Shown here in pieces: positions 41,412-55,685 of a DNA stretch of 64,000 nucleotides. The notes beneath the pieces were generated by a model. That model ran no database searches. It was not told where the DNA came from and was given only the letters and a program-made list of their open reading frames with translations. Within the stretch, counting starts at the first letter, position 1. The number at the start of each line of letters is the position of its first letter. The DNA comes from Candidatus Aenigmatarchaeota archaeon (lineage in GTDB: Archaea > Aenigmatarchaeota > Aenigmatarchaeia > PWEA01), in the NCBI GenBank assembly GCA_046539325.1, contig JBKHHD010000002.1, forward strand, positions 53,425 to 117,424, given 5' to 3'. A program made the translations under genes and the position numbers.

Positions 41412-42902
41412 ATGAAAGGTAAAAAACTCCAGGCGCTTCTAAAGGCGTTCAAATCCGAGAAAGGGTTCGCAAAGTATCAGATAGAGGCCTACAATAGATT
41501 TGTAGACGAAAGGCTACAGGAGATAATAGACGGTATAGGAGAAATAGAGCCCGAGTCCGAGAAGCTGGGCGACTTCAAGATAGAGCTTGGCGAGGTGAGG
41601 GTTGGGGAACCTTCGGTAAAGGAGGCGGACGGAAGTCTAAGGCAGATACTCCCCAAGGAAGCGAGGTTAAGGGATATAACATACTCTGCGCCGATATTCC
41701 TTGAAATGACAACAAAGGCAGACGGTGAAGTTCATGAACAAAAGGAGGTAAAGATCGGTGAGCTTCCTGTAATGGTTAGGTCAAAGAAATGTCCGCTATC
41801 TGATATGACCGACGAAGAGCTTATAGAGGCAGGTGAAGACCCGCAGGATCTCGGCGGATACTTCCTTATAAACGGCACTGAAAGAGTTCTAATGCTTCTC
41901 GAGGAAGTGGCTCCAAACAGAGTCATTGTAGAGAAAAAGGACAAGAAGAAGGTAGAATACGCTGCAAGAATAAACTCTGAGAGGAGTGGTTGGGGTCAAA
42001 GGCATACTATAAACAAGAAAAGGGACGGTCTTCTAACAATTTCCTTTGCAAACGCACGAAAAGTCCCATTGGTCGTGGTTATGAGGGCGCTAGGACTCGA
42101 GACGGATAAAGATATCGTACAGGCAATAACCGAAGAGGAAGAGTATCAAGAGGAAATCTACGCGAACCTCTACGAAACAGAAGTCTCCGACACAGAGGAA
42201 GCTCTGAGCTATATAGGTAAGGGCATGAATGTATCGGAGGAAGAATATAGGAAAGAAAGGGCAGCAGAAGTAATAGACAAATATCTCCTGCCGCATATAA
42301 GTCAGGACGAAGAAGGTAGGATGGACAAGGCAATGTACCTCGGAAGATGCGCAAAAAAGATACTATACGTTGCAAACGGAGACCTTGAGCCAGATGACAT
42401 AGACCACTACAGAAACAAGAGGATAAGAACAAGCTCCGAGCTCCTGGAAATACTTATAAGGAGTAAGCTACTAGGAAGAGTTGGCTTGATTTCAAGGATA
42501 AAGTACAACTACAAGAAGATAGCCAGAAGAGGTAAGGTGCCAACTATAAATACTGTAGTCGAGTCCGATATGCTGACGGGGCAGATCCAGTCCGCTTTTG
42601 CAACCGGTCTATGGGTAGGTGGAAGGAGCGGTGTTTCACAGAGGCTGGAGAGAACGAACTACATAAAGACGCTCTCACATCTGAGAAATGTTACATCCCC
42701 GCTTTCAACCCAGCAGGAGCATTTCGACGCAAGGCAGCTCCATGCAACACACTGGGGAAGACTTGGAGCTACACAGACACCTGAAGGACCAACGATCGGC
42801 CTGAGGAAATACCTGGCGCTCATGGCGTCAATTTCCACAGGACTTCCGAAGGACGAAACAGAACAGTCCCTGGAAACTCTGGAAACTGAGATAAAGAGGT
42901 AA
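41412..42902 (+). CDS. rpoB2: RNA polymerase subunit B'' (Rpo2N)
   Basis: GGYFLINGTERV, DDIDHY.NKR, TPEG. Confidence 0.97.
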   Translation: MKGKKLQALLKAFKSEKGFAKYQIEAYNRFVDERLQEIIDGIGEIEPESEKLGDFKIELGEVRVGEPSVKEADGSLRQILPKEARLRDITYSAPIFLEMTTKADGEVHEQKEVKIGELPVMVRSKKCPLSDMTDEELIEAGEDPQDLGGYFLINGTERVLMLLEEVAPNRVIVEKKDKKKVEYAARINSERSGWGQRHTINKKRDGLLTISFANARKVPLVVVMRALGLETDKDIVQAITEEEEYQEEIYANLYETEVSDTEEALSYIGKGMNVSEEEYRKERAAEVIDKYLLPHISQDEEGRMDKAMYLGRCAKKILYVANGDLEPDDIDHYRNKRIRTSSELLEILIRSKLLGRVGLISRIKYNYKKIARRGKVPTINTVVESDMLTGQIQSAFATGLWVGGRSGVSQRLERTNYIKTLSHLRNVTSPLSTQQEHFDARQLHATHWGRLGATQTPEGPTIGLRKYLALMASISTGLPKDETEQSLETLETEIKR

Positions 42903-42907
42903 ATGAT

Positions 42908-44706
42908 ATGACGGACGTATTTTTGAACGGAAAGTTCGTAGGAGAAACAGAAGAACCCAAGGAGCTTGTGAGAGAAGTCAGAGAGAAAAGAAGAGAAGGA
43001 GCTCTGCCCGAAGAGTTCAACGCAAGGTACAACAGGGACGAGGAGAATATAAGGATAAATACTGATTCTGGCAGGGTTAGGAGACCTCTTGTAAGAGTGG
43101 AAGACGGGGAATCTCTTCTTACAGAAGAACATATAGAAAAAGTAGAAGAAGGTGAAATGAGCTGGAGCGATCTCGTCGAGGAAGGTATAATCGAATGGAT
43201 AGATGCTTCAGAGGAAGAGGATCTGCTTGTGGCTCCAAGGAAAGAAGAGCTTACGGACAAGCATACACATATCGAAATACACCCTGCCAACATCCTTGGT
43301 ATAAATGCTTCTCTGGTTCCTTTCCCTGAATACAACAGAGGTGACCGTATCAGCTACGGAGCCAAGATGATAGGACAGACACTTGGATTCTACAGCGCCA
43401 ACTACCCTCTGAGAGCGGACACTAAAAGCAACATATTATCTTATCCTCAGACACCGCTAGTGACCACACAGACAGAAGAAGCAGTCGAGCTGGAAAAACA
43501 TCCCACAGGACAGAACGTTGTTGTAGCTCTCATATCTTACAAGGGATTTAATATAGAGGACGCTCTGATTGTAAACAAAAGTAGTGTCGAAAGAGGCTTC
43601 GCAAGAAGCTACTTCTTCAGGACCTACGATGCCGAAAAGCAAAGATACTCCGGCGGACAGGAAGACGAGATAGGAATCCCCGACAAGGATGTAAGAGGCT
43701 ACAGGTCTGAAGACGCATACTCAGACCTGTCCGAGGACGGGATTGTCCCACCGGAGGTAGATATAGAGAGCGGTGACGTTCTCGTTGGAAAGACCTCGCC
43801 GCTCCGTTTCATGGGCACAGGTGAGTTTGTAACAGGCATGCAGAACAGAAGGGAAACTTCAGTAACAGTAAGACATGGCGAAGGTGGAGTTGCCGATAAG
43901 GTTCTTTTATCCGAAACTGAAGACGGAAACAAGCTCGTTAAGGTTACCTTAAGGGAAAAGAGGGTTCCTGAGCTCGGTGACAAGTTTGCAACAAGGCACG
44001 GACAGAAGGGTGTAATAGGTCTTATGGAACCTGAGGAAAACCTGCCCTTCACAAAGGACGGCGTAACACCTGATGTAATATTAAACCCTCACGGCATACC
44101 TTCAAGGCAGACAGTAGGACAGCTTCTAGAGGTGCTCGGAGGTAAAGTCGGTGCGCTAAGCGGAAAGAAGGTAGATGCCACTCCTTTCACAGGCGAAGAG
44201 GAAGAAGATCTAAGAGAAAGGCTAAGGGACCTGGGCTTCAGATCGGACGGCAAGGAAGTTCTTTACAACGGAACAACGGGAGAGATGGTGGAAGCAGAGA
44301 TATTCCAGGGTATTGTATATTACGAGAAGCTGGAGCATATGGTTTCCAACAAGATACATGCAAGGTCCAGGGGACCCGTCACATTACTGACCAAGCAGCC
44401 TACAGAAGGAAGGGCCAAAGAAGGTGGTTTAAGGCTTGGTGAAATGGAAAAGGACTGCTTTATAGGACACGGAGCTTCCATGACACTCAAGGAAAGGTTC
44501 TCCTCGGACGAAGTAACACTGCCGATCTGCAAGGAGTGTGGAGTAATAGCTGTAGAAGATGAGAGCAAAGGTGAAGTAAGATGTCCGATGTGTGAGAAAA
44601 GCGAGGACGTAGAGGAAGTTGAGATGAGCTACGCCTTCAAGCTTCTGCTTGACGAACTAAAATCCATGACAATATATCCAAAACTCAATATAGAGGAGTC
44701 GGTATA

Positions 44707-44707
<1 letters not shown>
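42908..44707 (+). CDS. rpoB1: RNA polymerase subunit B' (Rpo2C)
   Basis: GDKFATRHGQKG, GGLRLGEME. Confidence 0.98.
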
Positions 44708-48337
<3,630 letters not shown>

Positions 48338-48338
48338 G

Positions 48339-48743
48339 ATGAAGAAAAAGTTTGACAAGGAAGCAATACAGGCCATAAATCTCTTTGAGGAAGAAACCGA
48401 CGTTGAGGTCAGGGACTTCATACACGACGACGAGTCCGCTTATTTTTTGGTAGAAGAAGGTAAAGCAGGATTAGCTATAGGTAAGAACGGCAAAAATATA
48501 AAGAACATTGGCGAGATGCTCGGGAAAAGGATCAAAGTATTCGAAAACGAAAAGGACGACAAAAAGCTTGTGAAAAACATGGTCATGGAGTCTAACTCCG
48601 TAAAGATAGAAGGCGACACTGCCTACGTAGATGTAGATGAGGAAGACAGAGGTAGGGTAATAGGTGCAAACGGCAGTAATATAGAAAAGGTAAGGACTCT
48701 GCTTAGAAGAAACAGCGATCTTAAGGATCTGAAGCTAGAGTAA
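48339..48743 (+). CDS. nusA: Archaeal NusA
   Basis: AIGKNGKN and VIGANGSN KH motifs. Confidence 0.93.
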   Translation: MKKKFDKEAIQAINLFEEETDVEVRDFIHDDESAYFLVEEGKAGLAIGKNGKNIKNIGEMLGKRIKVFENEKDDKKLVKNMVMESNSVKIEGDTAYVDVDEEDRGRVIGANGSNIEKVRTLLRRNSDLKDLKLE

Positions 48744-48783
48744 AGGAAAGCTTTATAATTTTATTCCGACCAGTACATTTCTA

Positions 48784-48887
48784 GGGTCCGTAGCTCAGTT
48801 GGCAGAGCGTCAGGCTCTTAACGTTTGGGGCTAACGTCCTGGAGGAAAGAAACCTGAAAGTCGCGGGTTCAAATCCCGTCGGACCCA
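48784..48887 (+). tRNA. tRNA-Lys(CTT) with 37/38 intron (48821-48851)
   Basis: TCAGG-CT-CTT-A..A-CCTGA. Confidence 0.92.
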
Positions 48888-48930
48888 TTCTACACTTTGT
48901 TCACTTTATAGATTTAACCCAGCAAAGAAA

Positions 48931-49185
48931 TCAAAGAAGAGAAACGTTCTCGACTTCAACTGAAGTCACGCCTTCCATGTCGCCTATACCGTTCTCTATA
49001 TCGTCGGTTCCTCCTTCGTCTTCGTTTCTAACAACTAAAAGCTTTAGAGCCGTTAGGCCAAAACCTATTTCCTCCCTTTCGGAGTCCTCCACAGGAAACT
49101 CCTCAGAAATTCTGTCCTTAAGTTCATCTAGATCAACTTCAGTTCCTTCCGGTGTCACCTTAAGCCAAATAGCTACATCTCCCAT
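48931..49185 (-). CDS. ef1b: Elongation factor 1-beta
   Basis: MGDV..LKV.P, EEIGFGL.AL. Confidence 0.95.
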   Translation of the reverse strand: MGDVAIWLKVTPEGTEVDLDELKDRISEEFPVEDSEREEIGFGLTALKLLVVRNEDEGGTDDIENGIGDMEGVTSVEVENVSLL

Positions 49186-49189
49186 TTTA

Positions 49190-49375
49190 TCAGTCCTTTC
49201 TTTCGCCTGTTATCTTTTTATTCTTCCAGCTTTCGCTCTTCAGTTTCTTGGTCTTCCCGAAACCACAAGCTGAGCACTGTCCCTTGGAGCGGTTGAAGGA
49301 TTTTCTGCCGCATCTTCTACAGACTCCGTGGGTCTGCTTCTTCTTCTTTCCTGCAGATGGTGTGCCCTTTGACAT
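49190..49375 (-). CDS. rpl37e: Ribosomal protein eL37
   Basis: KGTPS, CRRCG, CSACGFG. Confidence 0.96.
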   Translation of the reverse strand: MSKGTPSAGKKKKQTHGVCRRCGRKSFNRSKGQCSACGFGKTKKLKSESWKNKKITGERKD

Positions 49376-49405
49376 CTAAATCACGCCTCAAGGAATCAGA
49401 TAGTT

Positions 49406-49636
49406 CTATTCGGGCGAGGCAAAAATCACGTTGTCTCCTCGTACAACTATGGTCCCTAGCTTGGTCTTGTTTCCGTCCTTGCCCATTTTCTCAGCGTTTT
49501 CTAGCCAAAGGTTAAGATGCAGGTCGAAAGCTACAAGCTTTCCAGCTATCTTCTCACCGTTTTTTAGGTTAGCGATGACCCTGTCTCCTCTGGCATTTTC
49601 GAGCGCATCCAATGGTCTTTTACCGTCTTCACCCAT
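49406..49636 (-). CDS. Sm-like (Lsm) protein
   Basis: FDLHLNL, VRGDNV; next to rpl37e. Confidence 0.95.
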   Translation of the reverse strand: MGEDGKRPLDALENARGDRVIANLKNGEKIAGKLVAFDLHLNLWLENAEKMGKDGNKTKLGTIVVRGDNVIFASPE

Positions 49637-49719
49637 GGTATCACGTTTTCTTTTATTGAAAGAGTATTTAAAGGTATGGGTCGAAAATATTTAAGTGATG
49701 AACTAAAAGGTGTGATGAT

Positions 49720-50094
49720 ATGTTAAGAAACAGGTCAAGAAGAAGATTAACCGGTGGCAAGAGAAAAAGCAAGAGGAAGTTCAGGAAGCACGAGCTGAAG
49801 AGAGAAAGTATCCTTTGCAAGGTAGGGAACAAGGAACGCAAGAAGAGAATAAACGTTAGGGGCAACCAGGAAAAAGTGAGAGCAAGGACAGTCGGAAAGT
49901 TAAACGTAGCCGACAGTGAAGGAGATACGAACATGGTAAAGATAGAGGACGTGCTCGAAAATGAGGCCAACTCCCATTTCGTCAGAAGGAGTGCACTGAC
50001 AAAGGGGACAGTAGTCAAGACGGAAAACGGCAAGGCAAAGATAACATCAAGGCCTGGTCAAGAAGGTATTGTAAACGCTGTAAGGATAGAGTAA
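49720..50094 (+). CDS. rps8e: Ribosomal protein eS8
   Basis: TSRPGQEGIVNA. Confidence 0.96.
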   Translation: MLRNRSRRRLTGGKRKSKRKFRKHELKRESILCKVGNKERKKRINVRGNQEKVRARTVGKLNVADSEGDTNMVKIEDVLENEANSHFVRRSALTKGTVVKTENGKAKITSRPGQEGIVNAVRIE

Positions 50095-50694
50095 CTACCT
50101 CCTCTCAAACCTGTAGAACCTCACCTTTACATTTTCTTTTTCCTCTTCATGCCAAGGCATAGTTCTTTTCAGAGGAAAGACAAGTTCCTTGCTTAAAGTC
50201 ACTTTACCGCCACACTTCCTGACGTATTTTCTTACAAAATCGTCGGTCTTGGACATATGGAATGAGTAGACAAGGGGCGCTATCTCCAATGATTTCTCTA
50301 TGAACGGCCTATCGCTTCCTCTTTTCTGGGATCCAAAGGGTGGGTTCTGGATAACCAGATCACCTTCGCCATCAACCCCTCTCACGTCCTTGTTCTTGAA
50401 AGTTATATCTACGTCTACCTTGTCTGCGTTTTCCCTTGCAACCCTTATAACTTTCTCGTCTATGTCCACACAAACTACCTCCCCGGCACCAAGTAGCTTA
50501 GCCCCTATTCCCAAGGTTCCTGTTCCACAGCCCAGATCATAAACTTTACTGCCTTTAAATTCTCCTTTCATATAGATGTTCCAGAGAACCGAAGAAGCTA
50601 ATTCAGGCGGAGTTCTGTACTGCTCTAGCTCCGCGCTTGGACTTTCAAAGCTCTCAAGACTCTGCAGTTTAATCTGAAGCTCTTTCATGTTCAT
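50095..50694 (-). CDS. METTL5-like RNA methyltransferase
   Basis: LEQY.TP, DLGCGTG, NPPFG. Confidence 0.9.
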   Translation of the reverse strand: MNMKELQIKLQSLESFESPSAELEQYRTPPELASSVLWNIYMKGEFKGSKVYDLGCGTGTLGIGAKLLGAGEVVCVDIDEKVIRVARENADKVDVDITFKNKDVRGVDGEGDLVIQNPPFGSQKRGSDRPFIEKSLEIAPLVYSFHMSKTDDFVRKYVRKCGGKVTLSKELVFPLKRTMPWHEEEKENVKVRFYRFERR

Positions 50695-50753
50695 ATTTCT
50701 GAATTAGGTTACAATTTTTATATAATTCCATGAAACTATTTTTACGGGGTAAA

Positions 50754-50897
50754 ATGTCAGCTCGTTTACTTGGGAGTATAGATATAGTAGGCGGCTTTCT
50801 TCTCATACTTGCAAGGAGTCACTACCCAACGTTTTCAACTCTTTTCCTCATCTTTGGAATAATTTTAATAGGCAAAGGCCTTTACTCAATGTTATGA
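50754..50897 (+). CDS. 47-aa two-TM membrane protein (not in ORF track)
   Basis: MSARLLGSIDIVGGFLLIL...IGKGLYSML; stop overlaps next start (ATGA). Confidence 0.65.
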   Translation: MSARLLGSIDIVGGFLLILARSHYPTFSTLFLIFGIILIGKGLYSML

Positions 50898-51451
50898 TCC
50901 TTGATAAAGACTTCTACTGCAGAGATCCCGCAGAGGTTGCAAAGGATATACTAGGTAAGAAGCTTGTCAAAGGAAATCTGCAAGGAAAAATAGTAGAAAC
51001 TGAAGCATATTACGGTGAAGATGACCCCGCTTCACATGCATCAAACGGAAAGACTCAGAGGAACAGGCTAATGTTTGGACAAGGTGGAAGGGTCTATGTC
51101 TATCTATGCTACGGCATGTACCACTTGCTTAACTTTACAACAGGGGAAGAAGGTAAGCCAGGAGCGGTCCTTATAAGGGCTGTTGAACCTCTACAAGGCC
51201 TGGAAAAAATGAAAAGTAATAGAAATACTTCGGAGGAAAATCTGACAACGGGCCCAGGAAAGCTTACGGAGGCCTTTGGAATAACAAACAAAGAAAACGG
51301 AGAGGATGCAACCCAAGAGGCTTCGGTAATAACTGTGGAAGGTCTGGGTAATTGCAGTGAAATAAAAAGCACAAAGAGGATAGGAGTAAGTGAACAGCAT
51401 AAAAGGGATCTACGGTTCGTATGCAAGGGCTCAGATTTCCTCAGCAGGTAA
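50894..51451 (+). CDS. mpg: 3-methyladenine DNA glycosylase (MPG/AAG family)
   Basis: IVETEAY, YVYLCYG, AVLIRAVEP, GPGKL. Confidence 0.95.
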   Translation: MILDKDFYCRDPAEVAKDILGKKLVKGNLQGKIVETEAYYGEDDPASHASNGKTQRNRLMFGQGGRVYVYLCYGMYHLLNFTTGEEGKPGAVLIRAVEPLQGLEKMKSNRNTSEENLTTGPGKLTEAFGITNKENGEDATQEASVITVEGLGNCSEIKSTKRIGVSEQHKRDLRFVCKGSDFLSR

Positions 51452-51484
51452 TAATTTTTTAAGTTAGAAACTCTTACTTATACT

Positions 51485-53095
51485 ATGCGGGGGACGAAGT
51501 GGGTTTTTATATCAGGAGGAGTTCTTTCTGGTCTCGGAAAGGGCCTTGTATCTGCTTCTGTGGGAAGGTTTATGCAGTCCAGAGGCTACGAAGTCGTCCC
51601 TATAAAATGTGACGGCTACCTGAACGTGGACCCCGGGACTATGAACCCAATAGAGCACGGCGAAGTATTCGTATTAAACGACGGCGGTGAGGTGGATATG
51701 GATTTCGGGCACTACGAAAGGTTTCTAGGAATTGAAACAAAGTTCGACTGGAACTTGACCTCAGGCAAAATATTCCAATCCGTTATCGAAAAGGAGCGTG
51801 ACGGAGAGTATCTTGGTAAGACTGTGCAGATGATACCGCACGTAACCGATGAAATAAAGGGAAGGTTAAAGAGCGCGGCCGAAGAAGAGGATGCTGATGT
51901 AGTTCTAGTTGAGATAGGCGGAACGGTCGGCGACATGGAAAATATGATATTTCTTGAGGCTGCTAGACAGATGCAGCTCGAACTACCGGAGGAAGATACC
52001 TGCCTTGTCCACGTGACTCTTGTTCCCTGGCTCGAGGCTGTAGGAGAACAGAAAACCAAGCCAACGCAGCATTCTATAAAGGAGCTCGAATCAATGGGCC
52101 TTGAAGCCAATGTCATAGTCGGAAGGGCAGAAGACAGTCTGGAAGACAAAACAAAGGATAAGATATCACTGTTCTGCAACGTTCCGAAAAAGCACGTCGT
52201 ATCTAATCCCGATGTCGAGGAAGTCTATAGAATACCTTTGAACCTGAAGGAGGATGACCTAGACGATGTCGTCTCCGACGAACTTGAACTGAGAAGCGAA
52301 GAGGTTCACATGGAAAGATGGAGGGAACTTGTAGAAAACCTGGAGGATCCTGAAGAAGAAGTAGAAATAGCTATATGTGGAAAGTATACAAAGCTCGAGG
52401 ACTCTTATGTATCGATAAAGGAAGCCTTGAACCACTGCTCCGCGCATCTAAAAACAGAGATGAGTTACAACTTTATAGAAACCACGGAAATAGAAAATGG
52501 CGAGAAAACTGTCAAAGAAGTGCTGGAAGGATCAGACGGTGTAATAATTCCAGGTGGTTTTGGAAGAAGAGGAGCAGAAGGTAAGATAAAGGTTGCTGAA
52601 TACTGCCGGAAGAACGGAGTTCCTATCCTTGGTCTCTGCTACGGGCTTCAACTCATGGTCACTGAGTTCGCAAGAAACAAATGCAACTTAGAAGGAGCTA
52701 ACAGCACTGAAGTAGATGAAGACACAGAAAATCCAGTTATAGATTTAATACCTGAGCAGAAAAACGTCGAGGCCAAAGGAGGTACTATGAGGTTGGGAGG
52801 GCAGGTAACAGAAATAAAGAAGGGGTCTATGGCTGAAGATATTTACGGCAAGAACAAAATAGAGGAAAGGTTCAGACACAGGTACGAAGTGAATCCAAAA
52901 TACCATGACTGTCTCAAAGAAAACGGCCTAAAGCTTACAGGTGTAGCGGAAAAGGAGAATCATATAGTCCAGATAGTAGAGCTGGAGGAACATCCCTTTT
53001 ACTTCGCGACACAGTTCCATCCGGAGTTCACTTCGCAGTTCGAAGAACCCAACCCTGTTTTCATGGAATTCGTAAAATCTTGCAAGGGAAGGTAG
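51485..53095 (+). CDS. pyrG: CTP synthase
   Basis: GGVLSGLGKG, KTKPTQ, CYG, QFHPEF. Confidence 0.98.
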   Translation: MRGTKWVFISGGVLSGLGKGLVSASVGRFMQSRGYEVVPIKCDGYLNVDPGTMNPIEHGEVFVLNDGGEVDMDFGHYERFLGIETKFDWNLTSGKIFQSVIEKERDGEYLGKTVQMIPHVTDEIKGRLKSAAEEEDADVVLVEIGGTVGDMENMIFLEAARQMQLELPEEDTCLVHVTLVPWLEAVGEQKTKPTQHSIKELESMGLEANVIVGRAEDSLEDKTKDKISLFCNVPKKHVVSNPDVEEVYRIPLNLKEDDLDDVVSDELELRSEEVHMERWRELVENLEDPEEEVEIAICGKYTKLEDSYVSIKEALNHCSAHLKTEMSYNFIETTEIENGEKTVKEVLEGSDGVIIPGGFGRRGAEGKIKVAEYCRKNGVPILGLCYGLQLMVTEFARNKCNLEGANSTEVDEDTENPVIDLIPEQKNVEAKGGTMRLGGQVTEIKKGSMAEDIYGKNKIEERFRHRYEVNPKYHDCLKENGLKLTGVAEKENHIVQIVELEEHPFYFATQFHPEFTSQFEEPNPVFMEFVKSCKGR

Positions 53096-53100
53096 TTTCT

Positions 53101-54222
53101 ATGGATATGAACTGGATACTCATACGTTATGGAGAAATAGGTCTCAAAAGCGACTACGTTCGCAGAAGCTTCGAGGACAGACTTATCAACAACATAAGAC
53201 AGGGTCTAGAAGAAAGGGGAATCAATGGAAAGGTGCAAAGAGGCTACTACGGAAGGATCTTCATCAGTACCGAAGAGGTAGAAAAGGCCTCAGAAGTATT
53301 AGAAAGGACCTTTGGTGTAGTTAGCTTCTCTCCTTGCAAAAAAATTTCCACGGAGCTTGAAGAAATTACAGATGAGCTTTCAAGACTGGGACAAGAGGTT
53401 TTGCAGGAAGGTGAAAGTTTTGCTGTGAGAGCGAGGAGGACAGGCGACCACTCCTTCTCCTCAAAGGACGTTGAAGAAAGAGCTGGCTCTAAGATACTTG
53501 AAAGTAAAAACGTCGAAGTGGACCTTGACGATCCGGACAAAAAGGTAATGGCTGACATAAGACAGGGCCAGAGCTACATATTCAATGAAAAAAGAAAGGG
53601 TCCCGGAGGCCTGCCTATAGGAACACAGGGCAAAGTTCTTTCACTCTTCCGAGGAGGCTGCAGCTCCTTGCTGGCTACATGGATGATGATGAAAAGGGGT
53701 TGCTCCGTTACTATTTTACACGGAAAGATGGAGCCTTACTCGGATGACGAAAACTTTGAAAGGTCCTTTGAAGTACTGAAAAACTGGAACCATGGCTCTT
53801 CCTTGGAAGTACTTGAGTTCGATCTAGGAAGTAAGATATTCCAGTTTTCGGAAGAAGGCGAAAAGGGCTACAACTGCGCTCTGTGCAGAAGATTTTTGCA
53901 CAGGCTTGCTTCAAAGGTCACCGAGGAAACAGGCTGTAAGGCGATAGTAACAGGAGACTATATAAACGGGCGCTTCGATCAGTTCCACCTGTACGACGCC
54001 GTTACTCGTACACCGATAATAAGGCCTCTTGTAGGGATGGACAAGGAGGAGATAAATAAAAGGTGTGGTGAAATAGCTCCTGATACAGAGTTCAGAGGTA
54101 GCTGCGAGGCCAAAGATAAGGGAATTTCTGAGGTAAAACAAGAAAGGCTCGAAGAGCTTGAAAAAAAGATTGATATTGAAAAATTGGTTGAAGAAGTAGG
54201 AAAAGAGGTGGTTGAGGATTAA
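53101..54222 (+). CDS. thiI: ThiI-like THUMP protein with degenerate PP-loop
   Basis: IRYGEIGLK, GPGGLP.GTQG, MMKRG; SGGIDS replaced by RGGCSS. Confidence 0.85.
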   Translation: MDMNWILIRYGEIGLKSDYVRRSFEDRLINNIRQGLEERGINGKVQRGYYGRIFISTEEVEKASEVLERTFGVVSFSPCKKISTELEEITDELSRLGQEVLQEGESFAVRARRTGDHSFSSKDVEERAGSKILESKNVEVDLDDPDKKVMADIRQGQSYIFNEKRKGPGGLPIGTQGKVLSLFRGGCSSLLATWMMMKRGCSVTILHGKMEPYSDDENFERSFEVLKNWNHGSSLEVLEFDLGSKIFQFSEEGEKGYNCALCRRFLHRLASKVTEETGCKAIVTGDYINGRFDQFHLYDAVTRTPIIRPLVGMDKEEINKRCGEIAPDTEFRGSCEAKDKGISEVKQERLEELEKKIDIEKLVEEVGKEVVED

Positions 54223-54604
54223 AATACCCAACGAAGAGCTTGTTGAGAGAATAATAAAGCAGAAGCTTAAGGAGAAGGGTGTAGTAAGAAGTCAGGAGGA
54301 GTTAGGAGAGATTGTTGAAAAGGAGTTGAAGGAAATAGACGATTCCTTTCAAATTTCACCAGAAAGAACTAGGAGAATAGCACTAAACGTCTCCGGCGTA
54401 GACGTAACCGTGGAGACAAAGAGATCAGGGGCAAGTAAGCCTGAAAAGTGTCCTGTATGTAACGAAGAGTTGAAGGGTCTATACGCAAAAAACCTTGAAG
54501 GAGAGAGGACACAGGTTGGATTTCGATGCGATAACTGCGGCTACCACGGTGACGTCGAAGAGTTTATGCCTATGAGGTATGAGTTCAAGCTCATCAAGGA
54601 TTAA
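54212..54604 (+). CDS. Hypothetical Zn-ribbon protein
   Basis: CPVC..CDNCGY, terminal P.RY.F. Confidence 0.7.
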   Translation: MRIKIPNEELVERIIKQKLKEKGVVRSQEELGEIVEKELKEIDDSFQISPERTRRIALNVSGVDVTVETKRSGASKPEKCPVCNEELKGLYAKNLEGERTQVGFRCDNCGYHGDVEEFMPMRYEFKLIKD

Positions 54605-54637
54605 ATTCTTATAGATCAAAACAGTTTCGTTAAGTGC

Positions 54638-54854
54638 GCCGGTGTGGCCGAGTCAGGCTCAAGGCGGTGGATTCGAGTCTGGATGTGTTGAGCAAACGCG
54701 ATGAAAGAGAAACATCCACTGGGCGTTAAGGACAAGTACGTAGGCCTTTGCCTACGTCGGTCGACTAGGCCCGCGCAGGTTCAAAAGAAAACCCTTTCGA
54801 AAAGTGTTTTCATTCCCAAAGAAAGGTTTTCGGAAAATCCTGCCGCCGGCGCCA
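54638..54854 (+). tRNA. tRNA-Ser(CGA) with three introns (54678-54713, ~54730-54767, 54786-54837), CCA encoded
   Basis: GCCGGTG/CGCCGGC acceptor, GTGGA-TT-CGA-G..A-TCCAC. Confidence 0.88.
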
Positions 54855-54862
54855 TATTCATA

Positions 54863-55585
54863 TCACTCATCTCTATCAGTGAAATCAATCTCGGATAGCA
54901 TATTATAATCCTCATTCTCTATAGGACTGAAGGTAACCTCTAGACTATAAAAATCAGCTATCTTGCTTACTATTCTCTCCTCAAACTTCAGATTATCCCA
55001 ATCTTTAGGCAGTGAAGAATAGGATGTCTCCAATCCATTGTCTTTGATTTCGAACTGGCCTTGATCGCCTTTCGCTATTTCTTTTACCTTCAATTCACTT
55101 GCTCCGTAGTTCTCTATCCTCGAGTCAATCAAGTTTTCCGTGAGATTATTAAGATGAATTTGGTTCATGTAAACCCTTATTTCATCGCTTGGTTCAAAAT
55201 CAATATTAACTCTTCTGTTTCTCCTCCTTATCTCTTCTATGGAACCTTCAATCGACAGAGAAAGTGGGAAAAAACCCCTTCTTGATTTTAGCTCCTCATT
55301 GGTAAGCCTCATCTTTTCGCTTAGAGCCTCCAACCTTCCAATAGTTTCCAAAGTCCGGGAGCTATACTCATCCCTTGCATCTACACAGTCCTCCTGACAT
55401 GCCAACTTCAAGTAACCTTTCAAAATTCCAATCAAATCAACACCTCGGGTGTATATTTCCTCCAGATCTCCCTTGTAAGAATGTACTTCCTGGTACTTCT
55501 CTTTAAATTCTTCAAAGTCTTCCCTATCAAATTCTTCAAAGTCCTTCTCCAAAATCTCATCTTTTTTGAACATATAAACCTCCAT
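54863..55585 (-). CDS. Degenerate histidine-kinase-like (HATPase) protein
   Basis: NL.ENLI and IKDNG remnants; no clear H-box or G2 box. Confidence 0.5.
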   Translation of the reverse strand: MEVYMFKKDEILEKDFEEFDREDFEEFKEKYQEVHSYKGDLEEIYTRGVDLIGILKGYLKLACQEDCVDARDEYSSRTLETIGRLEALSEKMRLTNEELKSRRGFFPLSLSIEGSIEEIRRRNRRVNIDFEPSDEIRVYMNQIHLNNLTENLIDSRIENYGASELKVKEIAKGDQGQFEIKDNGLETSYSSLPKDWDNLKFEERIVSKIADFYSLEVTFSPIENEDYNMLSEIDFTDRDE

Positions 55586-55685
55586 TTGACAATAGAAGCA
55601 AGTCTAGATTTGTTTTCAAAGCTTTTATTCGTACGAAGTTATTGAAGACGGAAAACTCTTTAATAGGAAAGTGTTAAGAGATTGT

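Noticed and set aside
54701-54898. 65-aa ORF
   Set aside because: Lies within intron-containing tRNA-Ser(CGA)
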